A program made the position numbers and the translations under genes. The notes below the pieces were generated by a model. The model was not told the origin of the DNA. It worked only from the letters and a program-made list of their open reading frames with translations, and searched no databases. This document shows positions 26,710-34,447 of a stretch of DNA of 35,436 nt, in pieces. The first letter of the stretch is position 1, and every line of letters begins with the position of its first letter. Source of the DNA: a virus; IMG/VR virus record IMGVR_UViG_3300045988_138852. One strand, written 5' to 3'.

Positions 26710-27861
26710 ATGATTAAGTGTCTAAACAAATTCGGCGAAGAGGTCAAGATGATTGACTTCGTCGAACTTCAATGGAGTAGAAAATATTTCGAGAGTGGGT
26801 CATTCGTGCTATATATGGCAGCTAAGGATTATGATCCCAATGTCAAGTACATCCAGTGTATAGGACGGCCTGAAACAGCGATGGTGCAAAAGGTCGTGTA
26901 CGAGGAAAAGAATAACGGCGAATTTGTAACACTATCAGGCTTTTTTATCGACAAAGTGCTTGATTGGAGCGCTTATACGATACCGATTTCGACAATGACA
27001 TTTAAGAGTAAGACAGAAGTTGAAACGCAATTAAAGAAATGGTTGCTTGAAACTGTGAGTGACAAGTACGCTCAGCTTGGAGGGGGAACGGTAAACGGTG
27101 CAAAACTAAGCACAGATAGTGACGTACCAAGCGAGCTATCTATAAGTGCAGAACTTGGTGAAAGTACAGGCTCTGCGATGCGAAAAGCTTTAAAGTCTGC
27201 AGGATATACACTCATTTGCAGACCGATTTTCTCGGCAAAGGAAGAACCAGGCAAACCACTTCTAGGCATTGAGTTGCACGTTCAAAAGGGCAAGGATTTA
27301 CGTGATGACGTATTTTTTGGCGAAGCTTGGGGGAATATCTCTAAGTGCGAATACGCATGTGACGAAAGCGGCATATACAGTGGCTTTTTAGCGAGCCAGG
27401 AGATACCTGACGATTTTAACACGTCAAACGAAGTTCACGGATTTTGGAAGGACGGCAAAAAGGTCAGAGCAATACACGAATACGTACAGTTTGACAACAA
27501 CATACCTAGTAATCTCGGGCATTGTATTCCGCTCAAAGTTTTTAATGCAAGCATAAGCGGAGTCGAAATCAAGAGCGAAAACGAGGCCCTCATAAGGTCT
27601 AAGATGAGGGATGCAGCAAAGCTAGAAATGTTAAACAGCTACAAACAAGAGACTATCTCGGTAGATGTATTGCAGCATCGTTTTTATTATCTCAAAGACT
27701 ACGACCTGGGTGATATTTGTACAATCAATATTGATTCGATACAAAAAGAATTTACTTCCAGGCTCGTCGAAGTCAGAGAGGTTCACTCTAAAAATACAGT
27801 AAAAGTCGAGCTTGTCTTTGGAACTCCAAACAGGCAAATTTACAGAAAGGTGGATGTATAG
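26710..27861 (+). CDS. Tail-associated (Tal / Gp37-like) baseplate protein
   Basis: Synteny after Dit. 383 aa. Confidence 0.55.
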   Translation: MIKCLNKFGEEVKMIDFVELQWSRKYFESGSFVLYMAAKDYDPNVKYIQCIGRPETAMVQKVVYEEKNNGEFVTLSGFFIDKVLDWSAYTIPISTMTFKSKTEVETQLKKWLLETVSDKYAQLGGGTVNGAKLSTDSDVPSELSISAELGESTGSAMRKALKSAGYTLICRPIFSAKEEPGKPLLGIELHVQKGKDLRDDVFFGEAWGNISKCEYACDESGIYSGFLASQEIPDDFNTSNEVHGFWKDGKKVRAIHEYVQFDNNIPSNLGHCIPLKVFNASISGVEIKSENEALIRSKMRDAAKLEMLNSYKQETISVDVLQHRFYYLKDYDLGDICTINIDSIQKEFTSRLVEVREVHSKNTVKVELVFGTPNRQIYRKVDV

Positions 27862-27862
27862 T

Positions 27863-28960
27863 ATGGCAAAGAGTTTTCCGTTCGAATCGAAACGAATAAT
27901 AGGTAATGAATGGGACAGAGCAATCACGGCTCAGGATGAAAGAGATTTCAACAAGATGTGCTGGGGAAACGGTGTGTTTATTAACCCAATTGATGGGCTT
28001 ATGGTCACAGCACACGGAGGTATGACCGTCAATGTAAAACCAGGAGGCGCAATCATCGAGGGCGCAGTATTTAAAGAGAGTAATAACAGACAAATCACAT
28101 TGTCTCCTGCGTCGAGCCTGCCTCGTATCGACAGAATCGTTTTGCGATTCGATACAGCAGAGGATAGGCGAGACATTGACATCTACCTCAAAGAGGGCGT
28201 TGCAGCAACAAATCCTGTTGCCCAGGATCTAATCCGCGAATCGAACTATTACGAGCTAGCAATCGCTGATGTTTATATTCCAGCTCGAACAAGCTCAATC
28301 GAATCCGTCAACATATCTGATACAAGGATGGATTCAAATCTTTGTGGTTGGGTAGTTCCAGCTGTAGAGTATCGCGGACTATTTGACAACCTATGGCTAC
28401 AGCTACGTGATAGTTTTGGTACAGTTAACTCAGCACTATCTGGGACACTTGCCCAGGACCTCAAGCAAGAGATTAAAGCCACAGATGAAAAGTATGCAGA
28501 CCAGATCAGGCGCGTTAGAGACGACATGGGCGATACAACCATGTTGAAAACTAGCGCAAGAAATCTTGCAGATGCAATCAATGAGCTATATAACGGAGGC
28601 GGAAGAGCTCAGGATTATGTCATAGATCAGGGCGAAGTCGATGGATGGCAGTATATAAAATGGAAGAGGGGGAGATTAGAGCTTATTAAGACAGCTGATT
28701 CAGACTCCAGATCGGGATGGACTGCTGCACCCTGGAACAACATGATTTTTAACAGAAAAACGTTTACATTCCCATCGTCTTATCGATTTACCACAAAGCC
28801 CAACGTAACGGCATCAGTGCAGATTGGCAACGGATATTCGTTTGCCGCTCAAACAATCAATACGCAAAATACAACGATGTTGACGGTAGCTGCGAGTCAA
28901 AGCTCCGCATCTGCAGATATTTTAAACTTACAGATCTACGCGATAGGTAAGTGGAAATAG
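27863..28960 (+). CDS. Tail fibre / receptor-binding protein candidate
   Basis: The last structural gene before the lysis cassette. ATG 27863 follows the upstream stop at 27861. Confidence 0.5.
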   Translation: MAKSFPFESKRIIGNEWDRAITAQDERDFNKMCWGNGVFINPIDGLMVTAHGGMTVNVKPGGAIIEGAVFKESNNRQITLSPASSLPRIDRIVLRFDTAEDRRDIDIYLKEGVAATNPVAQDLIRESNYYELAIADVYIPARTSSIESVNISDTRMDSNLCGWVVPAVEYRGLFDNLWLQLRDSFGTVNSALSGTLAQDLKQEIKATDEKYADQIRRVRDDMGDTTMLKTSARNLADAINELYNGGGRAQDYVIDQGEVDGWQYIKWKRGRLELIKTADSDSRSGWTAAPWNNMIFNRKTFTFPSSYRFTTKPNVTASVQIGNGYSFAAQTINTQNTTMLTVAASQSSASADILNLQIYAIGKWK

Positions 28961-28968
28961 GAGGGCGT

Positions 28969-29277
28969 ATGGAAAGAGCGATAATAATAGCGGTATTTGC
29001 AAGCACGGGATTATGGAGTTTTATAAGCATGATTGTGCAGAGATACATGGAGCGTAAGAGTGACTACGCGATGATGATGAGGGGACTTGGGCACGATAGA
29101 ATTTGCTATCTGGGAGAGTGCTATATTAAAAGAGGGTGTATCACTCGAGACGAGTACGAGAACCTTGTTGATTATCTTTATATACCGTATAAGAAATTGG
29201 GTGGCAACGGCACCGCTGAAAAGGTGATTAACGAGGTCAAGCAACTTCCCCTAAAGGATAATTGTAATATTAAATAA
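28969..29277 (+). CDS. Membrane-anchored protein of the lysis region (one N-terminal TM helix)
   Basis: AIIIAVFASTGLWSFISMIV hydrophobic helix. ggaggg RBS. Confidence 0.5.
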   Translation: MERAIIIAVFASTGLWSFISMIVQRYMERKSDYAMMMRGLGHDRICYLGECYIKRGCITRDEYENLVDYLYIPYKKLGGNGTAEKVINEVKQLPLKDNCNIK

Positions 29278-29287
29278 TTGGTCAATC

Positions 29288-29310
29288 GGCAGCGATATGC
29301 TGCCTTTTTA
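29288..29310 (+). terminator. Hairpin plus T-tract between the structural genes and the holin
   Basis: ggcagc gatat gctgcc ttttt. Confidence 0.5.
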
Positions 29311-29328
29311 ATTTCAAGGAGGTACATT

Positions 29329-29622
29329 ATGAATCTTGAATTTTTAACAAATCTTTACATCCCACTAGTTATCGCAGTTTGTTTGGTCGTAGGCTATCTG
29401 ATGAAGAAATTCCTACCGACGGACAACAAATACATTCCACTCACAGTCACAGTGCTAGGAGCAGTGCTAGGCTGTATCAATGCTCAAGCGATAACACTTG
29501 TTGCCATTGCTAGTGGCATGGTCAGTGGACTTGCGTCAACAGGACTGCATCAGATATTTAAGCAAATATTAAAATTAGATAAAACTGAAGAGGTCAAAGA
29601 CTTCAAGGACCTGGAGGGCTAA
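29329..29622 (+). CDS. Holin (Hol44/phage_holin_5-like)
   Basis: Multiple TM segments (IPLVIAVCLVVGYLMKKF, IPLTVTVLGAVLGCI, LVAIASGMVSGLA). Immediately upstream of the endolysin. Confidence 0.7.
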   Translation: MNLEFLTNLYIPLVIAVCLVVGYLMKKFLPTDNKYIPLTVTVLGAVLGCINAQAITLVAIASGMVSGLASTGLHQIFKQILKLDKTEEVKDFKDLEG

Positions 29623-29623
29623 T

Positions 29624-31054
29624 ATGTTACACGGAATTGATATTTCGGGCTGGCAGGAAGGAATACAGCTAGCAAATGTACCCGCAGATTTTGTAATAAT
29701 TAAAGGAACAGGCGGTGCCGGATATGTATCGGCAGAGTGTGACGGATTTGTGCAACAAGCAAAAGCAGCAGGAAAGCTAATCGGAGTATACCACTTTGCT
29801 CGCGAGGTTGGTTTTGGTGGCACTCCTGAAGAGGAAGCACAGTGGTTTGTAGATAACTGCGGTACATATTTCGATGGCACGGTTATTCCCGTGCTAGACT
29901 TTGAGCAGGATGTATATTTGGGCGCAGAATGGGCAAACGCTTGGCTCGATGCAGTTTATAACCTTATAGGCGTAAAACCTTTATTTTATAGCTATTTAAG
30001 TTTCATAGAAAGTCACGATTGCAGTGCTATAGCTAACGCAGACTATGGATTATGGGTAGCCCAGTACGACCACAACAATGCAACCGGATATCTCGAAAAG
30101 GCTGCACCATATGTGCCATACTGGAGCGTTGTTGCAATGCATCAGTACACATCGCATGGATACCTAAGTGGATACAGCAAAAGACTTGATCTTGATGTAT
30201 TTTATGGCGATGCAGATACATGGTATGCATATGCGAGGAAGCAGGGCGAAAAAGCAACGCAAGTTGTTACAACAAAACCTAAGCAAGTCGATATTGGTGC
30301 AGAGGTCATCAAATACGCAGGAGATGACAGATATGCAACATCTGATATAATAGACAAGGAGTTTGCAAAAGCAAATAAGGTGATTGTTTCAGGTAAAAAC
30401 TTCCCTGATGGAATAAGCGCAGCATTTCTTGCAAAAGCAAATAAGGCGAACATAGTGCTAGATCACCCCGAGTTATCTTACGGGTTCGAAACATATATTG
30501 TTGGTGGCGATATAGTAAACAAGGGTGGAGCAAAAGTAATAAAGGGAGATACTAGATACGATACAAATCTAGAAGTTCTGAAAGAATGCTTTTCAAAGAC
30601 AAAATCAATCATTGTTACTAATGGTAGCGATTGGGCTGATGGCGTATCCACACTTACGACAAATATTCCAGTGCTTATAGTCTCTGAGTTCGTAAAAGCA
30701 AATCAGATCGTAGAACTAAAAAAACACAATGATTTACATTTCATCATTGTGGGCGATACAGGTGTTGTTAATACTACTGTAGAAAAGCAGCTCGCTGAGA
30801 TTGGTAGCGTCGAAAGAGTCAAAGGCGCAGATAGATTTGAAACGTCGAGAAAAATTGCAGAGCATTTTTTCCCATCAGCTGAAGAGGCTATTGTAGTTGC
30901 TTCATGGGCCGACGCAATCGTGTCAAGCAACATAGGTGAAATGCCTATACTTCTTATAGGAGAAAATAATACATCTGAAGCAAGGGCATATATTACATCT
31001 CATGGGGTGAAGAGAGCATATGTTGTTGGGCTTGCTTGTGAGCTTGTTGTATAG
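29624..31054 (+). CDS. Endolysin: GH25 muramidase plus three CWB2 cell-wall-binding repeats
   Basis: MLHGIDISGWQ...FVIIKGTGG is a GH25 start. Three repeats each have a D(R/T)(Y/F)xT motif (GDDRYATSD, GDTRYDTNL, GADRFETSR). Confidence 0.9.
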   Translation: MLHGIDISGWQEGIQLANVPADFVIIKGTGGAGYVSAECDGFVQQAKAAGKLIGVYHFAREVGFGGTPEEEAQWFVDNCGTYFDGTVIPVLDFEQDVYLGAEWANAWLDAVYNLIGVKPLFYSYLSFIESHDCSAIANADYGLWVAQYDHNNATGYLEKAAPYVPYWSVVAMHQYTSHGYLSGYSKRLDLDVFYGDADTWYAYARKQGEKATQVVTTKPKQVDIGAEVIKYAGDDRYATSDIIDKEFAKANKVIVSGKNFPDGISAAFLAKANKANIVLDHPELSYGFETYIVGGDIVNKGGAKVIKGDTRYDTNLEVLKECFSKTKSIIVTNGSDWADGVSTLTTNIPVLIVSEFVKANQIVELKKHNDLHFIIVGDTGVVNTTVEKQLAEIGSVERVKGADRFETSRKIAEHFFPSAEEAIVVASWADAIVSSNIGEMPILLIGENNTSEARAYITSHGVKRAYVVGLACELVV

Positions 31055-31065
31055 TAGTTAAATCA

Positions 31066-31090
31066 AGAGGGCGTTTGCCCTCTTTTTTTA
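31066..31090 (+). terminator. Terminator of the late operon
   Basis: agagggc gttt gccctct followed by ttttttt. Confidence 0.75.
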
Positions 31091-31346
31091 TTGCCATAAA
31101 CCAATTTTGCGAATACAATCTACGTAGTAGAGGCAGCAAAATCAAAAATACGAATTATATACGAAAAATATATTTTTGATGACTTTGAGGATGGAGATAT
31201 AAGGCTCGAAATGGCTAAAAATAGCCATAAGAATATATGTGTAAATCTTAAAAAATATATCAAATTACTCTCGCCATCTCCACCAAAACGACTTGAACCG
31301 TTGAAATTTCAACGGTTCATTTTTTCTGTACACGGTCTGTACACGT
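31091..31346. other. Probable attP region (non-coding, AT-rich, between the endolysin and integrase genes)
   Basis: Canonical location. Direct repeats ctgtacacg at 31326-31334 and 31337-31345. The segment ctcgccatctccacca (31270-31285) ends like a tRNA 3' terminus. Confidence 0.4.
31295..31326. terminator. Bidirectional hairpin terminator downstream of int
   Basis: Perfect 24-nt palindrome gaaccgttgaaatttcaacggttc, followed by attttttc on the plus strand. Confidence 0.6.
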
Positions 31347-32453
31347 TTATATCTTGATTTTGTCTAAAACTTTAACAGCTTTCTCCTGTTCTGCAGGATA
31401 AAAATGGCTATATCTATTTAATGTCTGTTCAATATTTTTATGTCCGAGCCGTCGGCTAATCTCTAAAATATTTATATTATTGTTAGCCAATAGCGAGGCG
31501 TGACTATGTCTAAAGTCATGGATTCTGATGTGATGTAGCCCTGCTCGTTTTGCTGCCTTTTTGTTCACGTTTTCTATGCTCGTGTCCCTAAGCGGTTTAT
31601 ATCCACCAGTTATGTAAAAGTTATCATTAAAGCCGTCAAAATCCTTGCACTGAGCATAGTGCTGCTCAAGCACTCTTTTTAGAGGTTCAGGAACTTGTAA
31701 GGTGCGATTGCTACTCATATTCTTAGGTGGTGTTTCACGGTCCCCTCCGGATAGTTTTTGTGATATGCTTTTGCTAATGGTTATAGCGCCGTCTTTATAA
31801 TCTGACCACCTAAGGGCGTGTATTTCGCCTTTTCTCGCTCCTGTAAAATAAGCAAGCATAAAGAACACATAATAGTCATAAAAACCTTTCTCAAGAGCGA
31901 TTTCGCGGACGTAAACTATATATCGCTTGAACTCATTTGGTGTATAGAATTGTATTACATCTTTCCCTTTATATGGATTCCTGAAATTACCGACCTTATT
32001 TAAAGGATTGCTCTTAAGATATTCTTTTGATACGGCCCAATTCAAAATAGACCTAAATTGACCGTAGATGTTTTTCTTCATAGTGTGGGATAATGGCAAA
32101 TTACCTATTGATAGCTTCCATTCGTTTAGTCTTCGCACGCTAAGTTTATTTAAGCGAATGTCCAAAGGGTAAATGTATTTATAAGTAATTCCCTTAGCTT
32201 TTTTCAGTGTCGATTCCCTTACATCAATTTGTTTAAATTCAAAATATAATTCAATTAGATCCTGGAGCATCATATTGCTATGAACTTGCTCATTTTTGTT
32301 CCTATTTAGTTTTGCTTCTAATTCTTTTGCTGCTGTAAGACCGTAAGCTATACGCGTGAAAGAACGATTTTTGCCACTGTCATCAACATAATTTATTCTT
32401 ACTCTGTATTTAGAAAGCCCATCTTTTTTTTTCTTTGTTTTGTAAATTGGCAT
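31347..32453 (-). CDS. int: Tyrosine recombinase (phage integrase)
   Basis: C-terminal HDFRHSHASLL...LGHKNIEQTLNRYSHF (R, HxxR and Y catalytic residues). ATG at 32453 lies 7 nt after aaggagg. Confidence 0.9.
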   Translation of the reverse strand: MPIYKTKKKKDGLSKYRVRINYVDDSGKNRSFTRIAYGLTAAKELEAKLNRNKNEQVHSNMMLQDLIELYFEFKQIDVRESTLKKAKGITYKYIYPLDIRLNKLSVRRLNEWKLSIGNLPLSHTMKKNIYGQFRSILNWAVSKEYLKSNPLNKVGNFRNPYKGKDVIQFYTPNEFKRYIVYVREIALEKGFYDYYVFFMLAYFTGARKGEIHALRWSDYKDGAITISKSISQKLSGGDRETPPKNMSSNRTLQVPEPLKRVLEQHYAQCKDFDGFNDNFYITGGYKPLRDTSIENVNKKAAKRAGLHHIRIHDFRHSHASLLANNNINILEISRRLGHKNIEQTLNRYSHFYPAEQEKAVKVLDKIKI

Positions 32454-32493
32454 GGCAACCTCCTTGATTTTGGGTACAAAAATACCCCTACAT

Positions 32494-32522
32494 TTGACAT
32501 TCAGGGGCTGCAATGGTACAAT
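32494..32522 (+). promoter_or_regulatory. Near-consensus sigma-70 promoter, divergent from int
   Basis: TTGACA (32494-32499), 17-nt spacer, TG-g-TACAAT (-10 at 32517-32522). Confidence 0.55.
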
Positions 32523-32528
32523 TTCGTT

Positions 32529-32600
32529 GTTCAGACGGGTTGTACCTTACAGCCTTATGCATTGCCCTCGGTTTCAGTCGGGGGCTTTGTTATATTTCTT
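32529..32600 (+). ncRNA. Candidate ~65-nt small RNA (promoter plus intrinsic terminator, no ORF)
   Basis: Predicted TSS about 32529. GC-rich hairpin gccctcg / cgggggc (32564-32585) followed by tttgttatatttctt. Confidence 0.3.
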
Positions 32601-32631
32601 TCTTATCGATTATAAAAATTAAAAATTTATG

Positions 32632-33201
32632 TTATTTTTTCGCTTCATATTTTGGTTTTTTTCCATTAGCCATATCGTTAAGAGCTTTTTCATATTGTTT
32701 GGCTTGCTCCGGTGTTAAATATCCGCTAACTCTCATTAAAGTAGCGCCTTGCAAGTAATCATATTCATACACAAGAGGGGCGGATAATGACTGCAGATAG
32801 TCCATTCTTTTTTTTGCAAGGCTATGCGTTTCAAAAACTTCTACATCCACACCAAGAAGATAATTGTCTTTTTCAAATTCTTCAATTGTTTGAAAATCAG
32901 ATACCTCTGCATTATCATAAGCTGTTTGGATAGCTAAAGTATCATTAACTAAAGCTTTGCTTTTATATCCGTTTGGACGACCTAGTAAAAGGTTAGGGTC
33001 AGTCTTTTCATCATAAGTTGTGATTTCTTTCAAAGGGAATCCACCATCTTTTAACATCTGCTCAACTTCTGTGGCTGTCATTCTCTCTAAAATAACATCT
33101 TTCTTTTTATTCGATTTATTCGGCGAAGATGTGTTAGATGAACATGCCGGTAACATAAGAATTAAGACAATTAACATTGAAATACTGAGTGCTTTTTTCA
33201 T
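32632..33201 (-). CDS. Prophage lipoprotein (superinfection-exclusion candidate)
   Basis: Signal peptide MKKALSISMLIVLILMLPAC with lipobox LPAC, then a Ser/Asn/Lys linker. Located between int and the repressor. Confidence 0.75.
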   Translation of the reverse strand: MKKALSISMLIVLILMLPACSSNTSSPNKSNKKKDVILERMTATEVEQMLKDGGFPLKEITTYDEKTDPNLLLGRPNGYKSKALVNDTLAIQTAYDNAEVSDFQTIEEFEKDNYLLGVDVEVFETHSLAKKRMDYLQSLSAPLVYEYDYLQGATLMRVSGYLTPEQAKQYEKALNDMANGKKPKYEAKK

Positions 33202-33292
33202 TTTTTTATCCTTTCATTAAAATAATAACATCTACATTTAAAACTTAGCTCTAAGTTCTATAACATTGCCTAAAAACCTTATAGGAAGTTCT

Positions 33293-33397
33293 TCAGTTTT
33301 GAATTGTTGTAAATAATTTATAGCCAAGTTTATCCGCTAAAGTCCTTTGAGATATTCCTTTTAATCTTCTATAGTATCTAATTTTATCTTTAAAAAT
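33293..33397 (-). pseudogene. Relic of the 5' end of a CI-type HTH repressor gene
   Basis: 33297-33397 aligns without gaps to 33947-34047 (repressor codons 1-34) with about 15 mismatches in 101 nt. ATT replaces the ATG, and there is an in-frame stop after 33 codons (FKDKIRYYRRLKGISQRTLADKLGYKLFTTIQN*). Confidence 0.65.
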
Positions 33398-33411
33398 TGC
33401 TAGATGCTCAT

Positions 33412-34047
33412 TTAAAACATTGAAATCGTTGAGTGGAATACACCAACGCACTCTCCTATTACAGTCATCCCCTCGGCATCGGTTACAATCGGCTCATAGT
33501 CTGCGTTGCATGGGTTGAGTATGATTGTATCCTCTTGCCAAAATACCTTTTTAAGAACAGCTTCGCAGTCAGAGTTAATCCGTACTGCATAGATTTTGCC
33601 ATTCGTATAGTCATAAGTCTTTTTGATAAAAGCTAGATCACCGTTAAATATTCCAGCATCAATCATGCTATCACCACGGACACGCACGCAAAAATCTGCT
33701 TTTACTGAGCTGTCTATAAAAAAGTGTCCTTCAAAGTTCTCTTCGCACCAGGTTCCTTCTCCAGCACAAATATCGCCTAGAATTGGAATAGGGCGAGAAG
33801 CTGGAAACGAAATGTTGCTTATACCTGTGAGGTCAGGGTCAACAGAGTGATTATCATCTGACGTCAATTCTTCAATTGTTACGCCTAGAATATCAGCAAC
33901 CTTTTTAACTGTACCAATAGGAGGGCTTGATGTACCATCTTCCCATTTTTGAATTGTTGTAAATGATTTATAGCCAAGTTTATCAGCAAGAGCCTCTTGA
34001 GAAATTCCTCTTAATTTCCTGTAGAATCTTATTTTATCTTTAAACAT
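33412..34047 (-). CDS. CI-like repressor: XRE HTH plus S24 (LexA-like) autopeptidase
   Basis: N-terminal FYRKLRGISQEALADKLGY...TIQKWEDG HTH. C-terminal VRGDSMIDAGIFNGDLAFIKK (Ser) and AVLKKV (Lys). Confidence 0.9.
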   Translation of the reverse strand: MFKDKIRFYRKLRGISQEALADKLGYKSFTTIQKWEDGTSSPPIGTVKKVADILGVTIEELTSDDNHSVDPDLTGISNISFPASRPIPILGDICAGEGTWCEENFEGHFFIDSSVKADFCVRVRGDSMIDAGIFNGDLAFIKKTYDYTNGKIYAVRINSDCEAVLKKVFWQEDTIILNPCNADYEPIVTDAEGMTVIGECVGVFHSTISMF

Positions 34048-34062
34048 AATCACCTCTATGTA

Positions 34063-34079
34063 ATAGAATTGTTTTCAAG
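34063..34079. promoter_or_regulatory. Degenerate operator (half-site conserved)
   Basis: atagaa ttgtt ttcaag. The right arm is perfect against the CTTGAA-N5-TTCAAG consensus. Confidence 0.35.
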
Positions 34080-34082
34080 CTG

Positions 34083-34110
34083 ATTATAACATTTTTTCAA
34101 TATTTTTCAA
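34083..34110 (-). promoter_or_regulatory. Repressor (maintenance-type) promoter
   Basis: Minus strand ttgaaa, 16-nt spacer, tg-t-tataat (plus-strand attata at 34083-34088, tttcaa at 34105-34110). Confidence 0.5.
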
Positions 34111-34116
34111 CAAAAA

Positions 34117-34133
34117 CTTGAAAATAATTCAAA
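34117..34133. promoter_or_regulatory. Operator site (palindrome)
   Basis: cttgaa aataa ttcaaa. Confidence 0.55.
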
Positions 34134-34139
34134 TAATGC

Positions 34140-34168
34140 TTGACACTTGAAAATGATTCAAGTAATAT
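34140..34168 (+). promoter_or_regulatory. Early lytic promoter (PR-like)
   Basis: TTGACA (34140-34145), 17-nt spacer, TAATAT (34163-34168). The spacer is exactly one operator palindrome. Confidence 0.65.
34146..34162. promoter_or_regulatory. Operator site (perfect 6+6 palindrome) inside the PR spacer
   Basis: cttgaa aatga ttcaag. Confidence 0.6.
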
Positions 34169-34192
34169 ATAGCTACAAGGAGGTGAGACAAA

Positions 34193-34384
34193 TTGAAAAA
34201 AAGCCTAAAGGAACTACGAGCAAGGGAAAATAAAACACAAATCGAAATGGCTGGACTTTTAGGAGTATCCGTTCAAACATACAACACCTGGGAGAACAAC
34301 TTCAAGAAGCTCAGTATCGAAAAAGCAAAAAAAGTAGCGTCTATACTCAATGCGTCACTAGATGAGATTTACATCGAAGAGTAA
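34193..34384 (+). CDS. Cro-like XRE-family HTH regulator
   Basis: TTG start 7 nt after aaggaggtg. KTQIEMAGLLGVSVQTYNTWEN HTH. Divergent from the repressor. Confidence 0.8.
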   Translation: MKKSLKELRARENKTQIEMAGLLGVSVQTYNTWENNFKKLSIEKAKKVASILNASLDEIYIEE

Positions 34385-34401
34385 TTTTTTTTACCCTTTT
34401 A

Positions 34402-34418
34402 CTTGAACAATATTCAAG
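34402..34418. promoter_or_regulatory. Distal operator copy downstream of the cro-like gene
   Basis: cttgaa caata ttcaag, with the flanks a...taat shared with the 34146 site. Confidence 0.5.
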
Positions 34419-34447
34419 TAATCGCACCAGCCGAGAAAGGAGGAGGG

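Noticed and set aside
31193-31285. Possible tRNA: ggagat...atctcc-a-cca could pair as an acceptor stem about 93 nt apart
   Set aside because: The interior does not fold as a cloverleaf. There are no D-arm or T-loop (TTCRA) consensus sequences. The only good internal hairpin (atggct aaaaat agccat) has a 6-nt loop, and the segment is very AT-rich. Only the 3' piece is kept, as an attP-core idea.
32513-32758. 81-aa plus-strand ORF overlapping the 3' end of the lipoprotein gene
   Set aside because: It has no RBS. Its ATG lies between the -35 and -10 of the predicted promoter, so upstream of the predicted TSS. Its translation is Cys/Phe/Leu-rich and implausible. The minus-strand lipoprotein ORF is far better supported.
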